32,000 nt of DNA, from positions 1,500,001 to 1,532,000 of the forward strand of contig NC_006576.1 in assembly GCF_000010065.1 (NCBI RefSeq), in the 5' to 3' direction. The notes beneath the pieces are model-generated. The model did no database searches. It was not told the DNA's origin and saw nothing but the letters and a program-made list of their open reading frames with translations. This stretch comes from Synechococcus elongatus PCC 6301. Lineage in GTDB: Bacteria > Cyanobacteriota > Cyanobacteriia > Synechococcales > Synechococcaceae. Of the stretch, positions 7,687 through 16,425 are shown piece by piece (the first letter of the stretch is position 1; every line of letters begins with the position of its first letter). The position numbers were made by a program, and so were the translations under genes.

Positions 7687-7741
7687 AATTTCAGTTCTGA
7701 ACTTGCACGCTCTTTATTGAAGCAGAAGCAGCGCCCAGCAC

Positions 7742-9196
7742 CTATGAATCGGGCTCAGCCTCAGGTTCAGCGATAGCCGCTTTGAGCTGGTTGTAGAGCG
7801 CCTTGAACTGTTTCTGGCGCAGGTTGTGATTCACGATCGGGGCAGGATAGCCTCGGCGTCCAATCGGCGTGATCTCCCCACTGATCAAGTCCTTGGGATG
7901 GACATGGCGCAGTTCTGGCAGCCAACGTTTGATGTAGGTCGCCGTGGCATCAAACTTCTTGGCCTGACTAGCAGGATTGAAAATCCGCAGCGGTTTGGGA
8001 TCCATGCCACTGGAAGCGCTCCACTGCCAACCGCCGTTATTTGCAGCCAGATCGCCATCGACCAAGTGCTGCATAAAGAACTGCTCCCCACGCCGCCAGT
8101 CGATGATCAAATCCTTGGTCAAAAAGCTGGCAACAATCATCCAGCAACGGTTGTGCATCCAGCCGGTTTCAGTCAGTTGGCGCATCGCTGCATCAACAAT
8201 CGGATAGCCCGTTTGCGCCTGGGTCCAAGCCGTGAACAGAGCCTCGCGATTTTCCCAAGGGAATTGCTGCCAGAGCGAGCGATAGGGACCATCGGCCAGG
8301 CTCGGGAAATGGTAGAGCGCATGCTGATAGAACTCCCGCCAAGCGAGTTCCTGCTGCCAAACGCGAATGCTGTTGCGGGCTTCGTCGCTGCGGCTGAGGG
8401 CATGGGCTGCACTGGCAGCCCGCCAAGCCTGACGAATACCGATCGCCCCGAATTTCAAAGCGGGACTCAAGCCCGAGGTTCCTGCTTCCGCCGGAAAATT
8501 GCGCTGGGGATCGTAGTCGGCGATCGCGCGATCGCAAAATTCTTGAAGACGGGCGATCGCCGCTGTTTCCCCCGGCTCCACTGGAAAACCCCCGTCCCAG
8601 TCAAAGCCAAGCTGCTTCAGGGTCGGTAGTTCCGACAACAGCAGAGGTGCGATCGCAGTTAGTTGCTCTGGTGAGAGATCGACCAGTTCTGTCGGTGTGG
8701 CAACCGGCGTGGGCTTGGGCTGAGCCTGCCAATTTTTCCAAAACGGCCCGTAGACGCTGTAGGGATTACCGCTGCCGCTGAGGATTTGATCGGGGCTATG
8801 GAGCAGTTGATCCCAGAGTTGAACAGCCCGAATGCCTGCCGTTTTCAGAGCGGCTGCGACCTGCCCATCGCGATCGCGGCCGTAGGGTTCAATGTCTTGG
8901 TTCCAATAAACTGCTTCCGCCTGAAGCTGCTGCGCCAGTTGCGGGATCAGGTGTTGTGGATCCCCTTGGAGCAATAGCAGCCGACTGCCCGCCTGTTGAT
9001 AACGCTGCTGGAGTTCCTGTAGGCAGCCCTGCAGGTAGGCAACCCGTGCTGGCGCCATGTCAGCACTCTGGAGAATCTGAGGGTCGAGGCAAAACAGACC
9101 GATCAGCTGCGCTGATTGTGCCCGCGCCGCCGCCAGACCAATGTTGTCGCTGAGGCGCAGGTCACGCCGGTGCCAAAACAGAATCGGAGCCGCCAC
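7742..9196 (-). CDS. phr: Deoxyribodipyrimidine (class I CPD) photolyase
   Basis: The 484-aa protein starts MAAPILFWHRRDLRLSDN and contains TGWMHNR, DGDLAANNGGWQW and the active-site residues E283, W286, M353 and W392. It matches my memory of the Anacystis nidulans photolyase. The W at residue 352 is discussed in the findings. Confidence 0.95.
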   Translation of the reverse strand: MAAPILFWHRRDLRLSDNIGLAAARAQSAQLIGLFCLDPQILQSADMAPARVAYLQGCLQELQQRYQQAGSRLLLLQGDPQHLIPQLAQQLQAEAVYWNQDIEPYGRDRDGQVAAALKTAGIRAVQLWDQLLHSPDQILSGSGNPYSVYGPFWKNWQAQPKPTPVATPTELVDLSPEQLTAIAPLLLSELPTLKQLGFDWDGGFPVEPGETAAIARLQEFCDRAIADYDPQRNFPAEAGTSGLSPALKFGAIGIRQAWRAASAAHALSRSDEARNSIRVWQQELAWREFYQHALYHFPSLADGPYRSLWQQFPWENREALFTAWTQAQTGYPIVDAAMRQLTETGWMHNRCWMIVASFLTKDLIIDWRRGEQFFMQHLVDGDLAANNGGWQWSASSGMDPKPLRIFNPASQAKKFDATATYIKRWLPELRHVHPKDLISGEITPIGRRGYPAPIVNHNLRQKQFKALYNQLKAAIAEPEAEPDS

Positions 9197-9274
9197 AGCT
9201 GCCTCGGAAATAAGCCTTGGCTATTCTAGAAGGCTGATTTACTGGAGCCGCGATCGCAGCTTGCTGGTTCAGCC

Positions 9275-10870
9275 CTAAAGCTGGATCACCACTTGATTCT
9301 CAACCACGGTTTCCAGGGTCAGCAGATCTTCAATCGTCACCCGCAAAAAACGATCGCGATCAACCCAGAACTGGAGCCGTAGACGGTCAACCCCCGGATC
9401 GCCGGGTGGATCAAGTCGGGCGATCGTGCGGGCGGTTTCGCTATCATTCAGCGCCTTTGCTGCCGTGCGATCGGGCCCAATCCGGCGCGTAATCAGGCGA
9501 TCGCCATCAAAGAAAATCTCCGTCGCGCCGCGATCCTGACTCAGTTCACCGAGGACTAATTCCATGCTGGGTTGTTGCGCCACCGAAGCCCCCAGCACTA
9601 GCTCGACCGGTTCCGCCATCGGGTAGGCTTGGCCGGGCGGAATCAGTGGATGCCAATCATGGCGCTGACTGCGATGGTTCCAGTAGCGAATGCCGTAGCT
9701 GTGATAGAGAAAATCGCGGACTTCTAGCCCTTGCGCCAGTTGCAAAGCACCGCAAGCTACCGCCTCAAAGGGGCGATCGCAGCGAATCTTTTCAGTCGGG
9801 AAATAACCCGCCAGCCAGTCTTGCACAGCAGGAATTTGGGCGCTGCCACCGACCATCAGAACAGCTGCAATCGCATCAGGATTAATGCCTTGGCGGCGAC
9901 CTTGCTGGAGGACTGATTCGAGCAATTCATCCAGTTGTTCAGAGAAGCCGCGATCGTGCAGAATCTGCTGAAATTGCGAGCGATCAAGCTGTAGTTGTAG
10001 GCTTTGCAGCGTTTCGTCATCAAAGTAGACTTCGCTCGCCTCAGGCGTTGTCGAAAGCTGGATTTTGATCCGCTCCGCTAAGCGCGTCAGGACACGCGTT
10101 GGAGCCGTATTCAGTTGTTTCGCAAAGTAGTCGGTCAGCCAGTCATCGAGATCATTGCCGCCAAGGTTTCGACCTGCTTTTGCTAGCACCCGCGCCAGTT
10201 GCGGGCGCTGACCGCTGTTGTCGCCAAAAGATTGGTCGCCCCATTTGAGGATGAAACCCAAGGGCGATCGCACCTTGGAGGTAGTCTGTCCCAACTCAAT
10301 TAAGGCGAGATCGAGGGTGCCACCGCCAAAGTCAAAGACCAGAATGGGCGACTGCTGCTCGACACCGTAGCCCAGCGCTGCCGCCGTTGGTTCGTCAATC
10401 AAGCGGACGCGATCGACCGGCCACTGTTGTGCCACGCGACTCAGCCACAGCCGATAGTTCTCAAAGCTATCGACGGGCACCGTCAGCACGAGGTCAGCGC
10501 CGTCGCGATCGCCCGGTTCTAAAGCAGCAATCACTGTGTCCAAAAACCACTGGCCGACCTGTTCAAAGTCAGGGCAGACACCATCTAAATCCGGCAGAAA
10601 GCCCGTAACTTCTGCCCCAATCCCGCGCTTAAAACTGCGAAAAAAACGGGAATCCTGCGGGCGATCGCGCCCTTGATCGCGCACAGCTTGCCCTGCGAGC
10701 AAACGGGGCATCGTCGCTTCTTCGACGTAGAGCAGACTGGGAATCAGTGGTGGGGTTTGGGAGCCCCGCTGACTGAGATTGGTCAGCGACAGCAATTCCG
10801 GCGATTGCGTTTCTGTATTCCAACGCGCCACCACAGTATTACTGGTGCCGAAATCCAGCGCGATCGCCAC
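9275..10870 (-). CDS. Hsp70/DnaK-like ATPase (non-canonical, with a divergent C-terminal domain)
   Basis: The actin-like ATPase motifs are present: DFGTSNT, IDEPTAAALGYG, FDFGGGTLD and VGGSAQIP. The start is GTG at 10870. The C-terminal 150 aa do not resemble the canonical DnaK substrate-binding domain. Confidence 0.85.
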   Translation of the reverse strand: MAIALDFGTSNTVVARWNTETQSPELLSLTNLSQRGSQTPPLIPSLLYVEEATMPRLLAGQAVRDQGRDRPQDSRFFRSFKRGIGAEVTGFLPDLDGVCPDFEQVGQWFLDTVIAALEPGDRDGADLVLTVPVDSFENYRLWLSRVAQQWPVDRVRLIDEPTAAALGYGVEQQSPILVFDFGGGTLDLALIELGQTTSKVRSPLGFILKWGDQSFGDNSGQRPQLARVLAKAGRNLGGNDLDDWLTDYFAKQLNTAPTRVLTRLAERIKIQLSTTPEASEVYFDDETLQSLQLQLDRSQFQQILHDRGFSEQLDELLESVLQQGRRQGINPDAIAAVLMVGGSAQIPAVQDWLAGYFPTEKIRCDRPFEAVACGALQLAQGLEVRDFLYHSYGIRYWNHRSQRHDWHPLIPPGQAYPMAEPVELVLGASVAQQPSMELVLGELSQDRGATEIFFDGDRLITRRIGPDRTAAKALNDSETARTIARLDPPGDPGVDRLRLQFWVDRDRFLRVTIEDLLTLETVVENQVVIQL

Positions 10871-10934
10871 GCGAAACCACCCTTGCTGTCTGTGCTTTCA
10901 GTTTACGAAAGCCCTGGGATCGCCCTCACTCGTT

Positions 10935-11492
10935 TCAGGACAAACGATCGACTTCCGCCCGCTGGATCAAGCGATCGCGCCAACGATACCCCGGTCGCCA
11001 AATCACAACGCGATCGCCTGGCTCGGCCTGACCCTCGCGCAGCAATTGCCAACTGGGATCAAAGGCGAACTCCTGGCCGATCGTCCCGAGGGTTTCAACT
11101 TGCCAGTCTTTCAACAACTGCTCCAGCGGTTGCAGCAAGGGCAACAGTCGCTCTGCGGGTAAATCCGATCGCTGTTGAGCAGCCCAAGCGGCGCGGGGCC
11201 AGTTCAATAGCCACGGCTCCAAGCGATGCAGCCCATCCTGCTCAAAGGTTTCGCGATCGCTGGTTGAAGCGATCGGGGCAGGAGTCTGGCGGGCTGATTC
11301 CGGCTCGACTAACTTGGCAACATCGATCTGAAGGACAGCCGCGATCGCCGCTAATTGTTTCCAAGTGAGTGAGTCGCCTTGACCTTGTCGCAGGCGCTGC
11401 AAGACTCGCTCAGAGACGCCACTTTGCTGAGCGAGCGATCGCCAACTGGTGAGGCCTTGTGCCTGCATCCACTGCCGCAACTGGGCTTCCAT
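10935..11492 (-). CDS. HTH (XRE-type) domain protein with a GrpE-like C-terminal domain
   Basis: The N-terminus (WRSLAQQSGVSERVLQRLRQG) is HTH-like. The C-terminus (VETLGTIGQEFAFDPSWQLL...PGDRVVIWRPGYRWRDRLIQRAEV) follows the GrpE beta-domain pattern (VExIGxxGxxFDPxxHxA...G.V..V...GY....R..R.A.V). It lies directly upstream of the Hsp70-like gene. Confidence 0.6.
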   Translation of the reverse strand: MEAQLRQWMQAQGLTSWRSLAQQSGVSERVLQRLRQGQGDSLTWKQLAAIAAVLQIDVAKLVEPESARQTPAPIASTSDRETFEQDGLHRLEPWLLNWPRAAWAAQQRSDLPAERLLPLLQPLEQLLKDWQVETLGTIGQEFAFDPSWQLLREGQAEPGDRVVIWRPGYRWRDRLIQRAEVDRLS

Positions 11493-11498
11493 CGGGAA

Positions 11499-12047
11499 CT
11501 AGCTTTCCAGCAGACTGCGCAGCATCCAAGCATTTTTCTCGTGGATTTGCATCCGCTGAGTCAGCAAGTCAGCGGTCGGTTCATCGCTGGCAGCATCGAC
11601 GATCGGGAAAAGAGCCCGCGCGGTTCGCACCACCGTTTCTTGACCAATCACCAACTGCTGAATCATCTCAGTGGCGCTGGGAATGCCGTCTGCTTCTTCA
11701 ATGCTGGTGAGTTTGGCGTAGGCGCTGTAGCTGCCAGGTGCCGGAAAACCAAGGGCGCGAATCCGTTCGGCAATCAAATCGACGGCCAAGGCTAGCTCGT
11801 TGTATTGCGTCTCAAACAGCAAGTGCAGCGTCTGGAACATCGGGCCGGTGACATTCCAATGGAAATTGTGGGTTTTGAGATAGAGGGTGTAGGTATCTGC
11901 CAGCAGTCGGGAGAGCCCATCTGCGATCGCCTGCCGATCGTCATTACTGATGCCAATGTCCACGGGCAGCGTGGCCGCTTTTTTACCTTCCGATTTTTTA
12001 CCCATACAGCTTGCAACCTCAGAATTCCAGTGTTCAGTTTGCCCCAT
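11499..12047 (-). CDS. dpsA: Dps-family ferritin-like DNA-binding protein
   Basis: [25 protein letters not shown] is a typical Dps ferroxidase-region signature. The start is ambiguous: TTG 12050, ATG 12047 or ATG 12005. Confidence 0.85.
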   Translation of the reverse strand: MGQTEHWNSEVASCMGKKSEGKKAATLPVDIGISNDDRQAIADGLSRLLADTYTLYLKTHNFHWNVTGPMFQTLHLLFETQYNELALAVDLIAERIRALGFPAPGSYSAYAKLTSIEEADGIPSATEMIQQLVIGQETVVRTARALFPIVDAASDEPTADLLTQRMQIHEKNAWMLRSLLES

Positions 12048-12065
12048 CAAGGCCGATCGCCTTAG

Positions 12066-12326
12066 TTAAGCCAGATGCAGAGCCAGCACCGATCGCGGTG
12101 CGCGCCGAATCCGGCAGCGAATCGTTTCCAAGCCTAGCCGCTGGTGCGCTTCGTAGCGGTGACAGCCCGAGAAGCCGTAATATTCGCCCTCGACTTCCAG
12201 CACCTCGATCGGCTCACGCAAGCCTTCAGCCGCGATCGAGACCATCAAGTCCTGCACTTTCTGCGGATCGGTGTTGCGAGGCAGGGGACGGCGAATTTGA
12301 TGGACGGGGAGTTCAGCAACTCGCAT
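12066..12326 (-). CDS. srxA: Sulfiredoxin (ParB/Srx fold)
   Basis: The 86-aa protein carries the sulfiredoxin active-site motif FSGCHRYEA (the F-[GS]-G-C-H-R pattern). Confidence 0.8.
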   Translation of the reverse strand: MRVAELPVHQIRRPLPRNTDPQKVQDLMVSIAAEGLREPIEVLEVEGEYYGFSGCHRYEAHQRLGLETIRCRIRRAPRSVLALHLA

Positions 12327-12498
12327 GGGACTATTGTCATCTCATACTCATTACGAGTTTAATTTAGCTCAGGTTCTTGCGATCGCTGCAGTTTTCCGCT
12401 TTTGGGTGGTCTGGAACAGCAACAGAGAGGTGGCTGTGTTCTGAGCCGCTACGAAAGGAAGCAAGCTAGAGTTCAGGGAATAGCAATTCGCGATCGCA

Positions 12499-13917
12499 GT
12501 GGTGGATTCGCTTCAACAGTGGCAAGAGGTGGAGGCGGTGTTAGCCGACCTCAGCCAAGCCAGTCAGGAACATCACTACCGCCAGACGCATCGGCTGGTG
12601 CAGGACTATCTCGATCGCCTGCAGCTCAGTCCGCGTGAACAACAGGGACTGGAACCGCTGCTGAAAAGTCTGGAGCGCATGCAGGCCAAGCTGGAGCAGC
12701 AAGTCCTCCATATCGCAGTGTTTGGATTGGTGGGACGGGGAAAGTCCTCGCTATTGAATGCGCTAGTTGGGGAAACGGTTTTTGAGACGGGCGCGATTCA
12801 TGGTGTGACGACCGCGATCGCCACGGCTGCTTGGCCGTTGACGACGGATGAGGATGGTGTGCAGCGCTTGCGCTGGTCAGGCTTGGGTGATGTGCAAGTC
12901 GAGCTAATCGACACGCCGGGCATTGATGAAATTGACGGCGATCAATGGGAAGCCCTCGCCAAACGGGTCGCGCAACAGGCCGATTTGATTCTGTTTGTGG
13001 TCAGTGGCGATATCAGTCAGCTAGAACAGGACACGCTGACGGTGTTGCACCAAGCCCATAAGCCGCTGTTGCTGGTCTTGAATAAGGCGGATCAATACGG
13101 CGATCGCGATCGCGAGGCGATTCGCAACAAGCTGGCCGATGAGCGGTTGCGGCATTTGATCTCGATCGATGAAATTGTGACGGTGGCCGCTGCGCCGCGC
13201 CAAGCCGAACCGGAGTATGACGGCGATCGCCTTGTGGGGACGAAGTTAGTCAGTCTGCCGCCCCAAGTTGAGCCACTGCGTCAGCGAATCATCACGCTGT
13301 TGCTGCACGAAGGACAGTCCTTGCTAGCGCTGAATGCCTTGCTGCAAATGGCGATGGTCGATCGCCAAGTCGTGCGCCGCAAGCTACAAAGCCGCGATCG
13401 CCAAGCCGAGGAATTGATCTGGCGATTTGCGATCGCGAAAGGGATGGCTGTCGCCATCAACCCAATCAGTTTTGTCGATCTGCTGGGAGGTGCCGCGATC
13501 GATGTCGCGCTGATTCTGCAACTCTCCCAGCTCTACGATCTGCCGATTGGTGAAGGCAAAGCGATCGCCCTACTCCGCACGATCGCGGTAGGCATGGGCA
13601 GTTTAGGGCTGGGTGAAGGCTTAGTGCGCGTCGGTTTGAGTGCCCTCAAGGGACTCATGGGCGTGGCCGCTCCCGTCAGTGGCGGCTTGAGCTTGGGCGT
13701 TTACGTCCCTGTTGCGCTCACTCAGGCAGGGATTGGTGGTTTTGCCACCTACGCGATCGGGCAAGTGACCAAGGCTTATCTGGCCAATGGTGCAGATTGG
13801 GGGCCAGAAGGAGCCGGACTGCTGACCCAGCAAATCTTGGACAGTTTGGATGAAGCCGCGATTTTGCAACGCCTGCGGGGTGAAATCGATCGCCGCTTAC
13901 GGCTCAAGCAGCTTTAG
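12499..13917 (+). CDS. GTP-binding protein with a C-terminal membrane-associated (DUF697-like) domain
   Basis: The GTPase motifs are G1 GLVGRGKSSLLNAL, G3 DTPG and G4 NKAD. The C-terminal third is glycine- and hydrophobic-rich. The start is GTG at 12499. Confidence 0.7.
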   Translation: MVDSLQQWQEVEAVLADLSQASQEHHYRQTHRLVQDYLDRLQLSPREQQGLEPLLKSLERMQAKLEQQVLHIAVFGLVGRGKSSLLNALVGETVFETGAIHGVTTAIATAAWPLTTDEDGVQRLRWSGLGDVQVELIDTPGIDEIDGDQWEALAKRVAQQADLILFVVSGDISQLEQDTLTVLHQAHKPLLLVLNKADQYGDRDREAIRNKLADERLRHLISIDEIVTVAAAPRQAEPEYDGDRLVGTKLVSLPPQVEPLRQRIITLLLHEGQSLLALNALLQMAMVDRQVVRRKLQSRDRQAEELIWRFAIAKGMAVAINPISFVDLLGGAAIDVALILQLSQLYDLPIGEGKAIALLRTIAVGMGSLGLGEGLVRVGLSALKGLMGVAAPVSGGLSLGVYVPVALTQAGIGGFATYAIGQVTKAYLANGADWGPEGAGLLTQQILDSLDEAAILQRLRGEIDRRLRLKQL

Positions 13918-13929
13918 CGGCGGAGAGCC

Positions 13930-14508
13930 ATGCATTTAGCCCTGTTTGGAACCAGTGCCGACCCGCCCACCTTGGCGCATCAAGCGATCATCCAAGGCTG
14001 CGCTGATTGCTTTGATCATGTGGCGATTTGGGCGTCAGACAACCCTTTTAAGCAACATGCGGCTTCCCTGCGCGATCGCAGTCAGATGTTGGCGGCCATG
14101 GTCAATGCCTGTCAGCCGCCCCTGAGTAATGCACAGGTTTACGCTGACCTCAGTTTTCCGCGCACGATTCAGACCCTGACAGTAGCTCGCGATCGCTGGC
14201 CACAAGCCAAGATTTCGCTAGTGATTGGCAGTGATTTGCTAGCGCAGATTCCCCGCTGGTATCAAGCGGCGCAGTGGTTGCCGAGCGTCTCCTTGTTTGT
14301 GGTGCCCCGTCCTGCCTCTAATGATTGGCAAACCGCCGCCGATTGGTTGACGCAACAAGGCACCACTGTAGCGATCGCACCCTTCCAAGGTCCCGCGATC
14401 GCATCCTCGACCTTTCGAGAAAGCAGCGACTGGCGACTGCTACCGGCTGCCGTTACCGCCTACATTCATCAACATCAGCTCTATTCCTCGGCTTCCGCTG
14501 CCCTATGA
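13930..14508 (+). CDS. nadD: Nicotinate-nucleotide adenylyltransferase
   Basis: LFGTSADPPTLAHQ matches the nucleotidyltransferase (H/T)xxH-type motif. The protein is 192 aa. The gene is translationally coupled to nadE through an ATGA overlap. Confidence 0.7.
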   Translation: MHLALFGTSADPPTLAHQAIIQGCADCFDHVAIWASDNPFKQHAASLRDRSQMLAAMVNACQPPLSNAQVYADLSFPRTIQTLTVARDRWPQAKISLVIGSDLLAQIPRWYQAAQWLPSVSLFVVPRPASNDWQTAADWLTQQGTTVAIAPFQGPAIASSTFRESSDWRLLPAAVTAYIHQHQLYSSASAAL

Positions 14509-16229
14509 AACTGGCGATCGCGCAACTTAATCCCACGATTGGGGATTTGACCGGTAATACCCAAGCGATTGTGGCGGTGGCTCGGGAAGCCCAACAAGCA
14601 GGAGCGCGATTGCTGTTGACGCCGGAACTGTCGCTCTGCGGCTACCCACCTCGCGATTTGCTGCTGTTACCCGATTTTCTGGCGGCGATCGCTGATCAGC
14701 TTGAGCAACTCTGTCGCGAAGCCCCAAAGGATATTGCACTGCTGGTGGGTGCTCCGCTGCCGAATCCGCAAGCGGGCATTGAGGGCGGCAAGCCGCTGTT
14801 CAATGGCGCGGTGCTGATTGAGAACGGTGAAATCCGCGATCGCTTCTACAAACAGTTGCTACCCACCTACGACGTCTTTGATGAAGACCGCTATTTTCAG
14901 TCGGGGCAAGGCGGTTGGTTTGACCTCCAAGCGGAGGGAGAAACCCTGAGAGTGGGGGTCAGCATTTGCGAAGACCTTTGGAATGAACCGGAGTTCTGGG
15001 GAGAGCGTCGCTACGAATCGGATCCGATCGCGGCCTTAGTGGCTGATCAAATTGACTTGCTGGTCAATCTTTCGGCTTCGCCCTACTGCTTTGGCAAACC
15101 CAAACTGCGCGAAGCCCTACTCCGGCATACCTGTCGCCGCTATCAAATTCCGTTGCTCTACGCCAATCAAGTCGGCGGCAATGATGACCTGATTTTTGAT
15201 GGCAACAGCTTTGTCCTGAATGCCGCAGGTGAGGTTTTGCAGAGAGGTAAACACTGCCAAGCTGAATTGCTGATCGTAGATTGGCAGCAGATCCAATTGG
15301 CACCTGCAACTACAGCGATCGCCTCTCCATCACTCACAGAGTCACAACAGGATTTAGCTGAACTCTGGGAAGTGTTGGTGCTCGGACTGCGAGATTACAC
15401 CCGTAAGTGTGGCTTCAAAAGCATTGTCTTGGGGCTAAGTGGTGGGATTGACTCAGCATTGGTTGCTGCTTTAGCTGCTGCTGCGATCGAGGCAGAGAAT
15501 GTGCTCGCGATTCTGATGCCTTCACCCTACAGTTCCGATCACTCAATTACGGATGCGATCGCCCTAGCCGAGAATCTTCAGATTCGCCATGAAACGATCG
15601 CAATCGCACCCTTGATGACGGCTTTTGAACATTCGCTATCGGACTTATTCGCAGGGCGATCGCCGGATGTCACGGAAGAGGATATCCAATCGCGGATTCG
15701 CGGCACTTTACTGATGGCAGCAGCCAATAAATTGGGATCACTTCTGGTTACAACGGGGAATAAGTCAGAGCTAGCCGTTGGCTATTGCACGCTCTACGGC
15801 GATATGAATGGCGGCCTCGCAGCGATCGCAGATCTACCCAAAACTTGGGTCTATCAGTTGTGTCACTGGTTAAATTCTGAAGCGGCAGCCGAGGTGCGAT
15901 CGCAACACTTTCCACAAGCTCCAACAGAAATTATCCCTGACTCAATCCTCACCAAAGCCCCGAGTGCAGAACTTCGGCCCGATCAAGTCGATCAGGATTC
16001 ACTACCAGACTATGCAGTCTTGGATGATATTTTGGTACGGCTGATTGAAAAACATCAGTCCCGCAAGGAGATTTTAGCGGCAGGTCATTCTTCTGAAGTT
16101 CTTGATAAAGTGCTTGGCCTTGTTCGCCGTGCTGAATTCAAACGCAAGCAAGCAGCACCAGGACTGAAAGTGAGCGATCGCGCCTTTGGAACCGGTTGGC
16201 GGATGCCGATCGCTTGTCGTTGGGGCTAA
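14505..16229 (+). CDS. nadE: Glutamine-dependent NAD+ synthetase
   Basis: The N-terminus is a CN-hydrolase domain (MKLAIAQLNPTIGDL..., SICEDLW) and the C-terminus is a synthetase domain with the PP-loop LGLSGGIDS. The ATG at 14505 is in frame with, and preferred over, the track start at 14325, which lies inside nadD. Confidence 0.92.
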   Translation: MKLAIAQLNPTIGDLTGNTQAIVAVAREAQQAGARLLLTPELSLCGYPPRDLLLLPDFLAAIADQLEQLCREAPKDIALLVGAPLPNPQAGIEGGKPLFNGAVLIENGEIRDRFYKQLLPTYDVFDEDRYFQSGQGGWFDLQAEGETLRVGVSICEDLWNEPEFWGERRYESDPIAALVADQIDLLVNLSASPYCFGKPKLREALLRHTCRRYQIPLLYANQVGGNDDLIFDGNSFVLNAAGEVLQRGKHCQAELLIVDWQQIQLAPATTAIASPSLTESQQDLAELWEVLVLGLRDYTRKCGFKSIVLGLSGGIDSALVAALAAAAIEAENVLAILMPSPYSSDHSITDAIALAENLQIRHETIAIAPLMTAFEHSLSDLFAGRSPDVTEEDIQSRIRGTLLMAAANKLGSLLVTTGNKSELAVGYCTLYGDMNGGLAAIADLPKTWVYQLCHWLNSEAAAEVRSQHFPQAPTEIIPDSILTKAPSAELRPDQVDQDSLPDYAVLDDILVRLIEKHQSRKEILAAGHSSEVLDKVLGLVRRAEFKRKQAAPGLKVSDRAFGTGWRMPIACRWG

Positions 16230-16425
16230 CTGAATTTCACATTAGATATAGTTATTCATGACGGCATCAAGAAATGCACTAAAACTTGTGAATGACATCA
16301 GGCTAGGCTTTCAACAATTTGTCATCCCCATACAGCGAGATGCAAGAATAAAAAATGTTTGCAGCCGACAATAATTGTTCTGGAGCAACTATAAGAGATC
16401 GCTGACTTCTAATTAGGAGAAGCTA

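Noticed and set aside
14325-14504. N-terminal extension of nadE suggested by the ORF track (start at 14325)
   Set aside because: The extension lies inside nadD in another frame. The in-frame ATG at 14505 gives the canonical MKLAIAQLNP CN-hydrolase N-terminus and forms an ATGA junction with the nadD stop.
16258-16374. 38-codon ORF (MTASRNALKLVNDIRLGFQQFVIPIQRDARIKNVCSRQ*) upstream of the secreted-protein gene
   Set aside because: It has no Shine-Dalgarno sequence, no hydrophobic or otherwise recognisable character, and sits in AT-rich DNA where short ORFs arise by chance. I am noting it only in case ribosome profiling shows otherwise.
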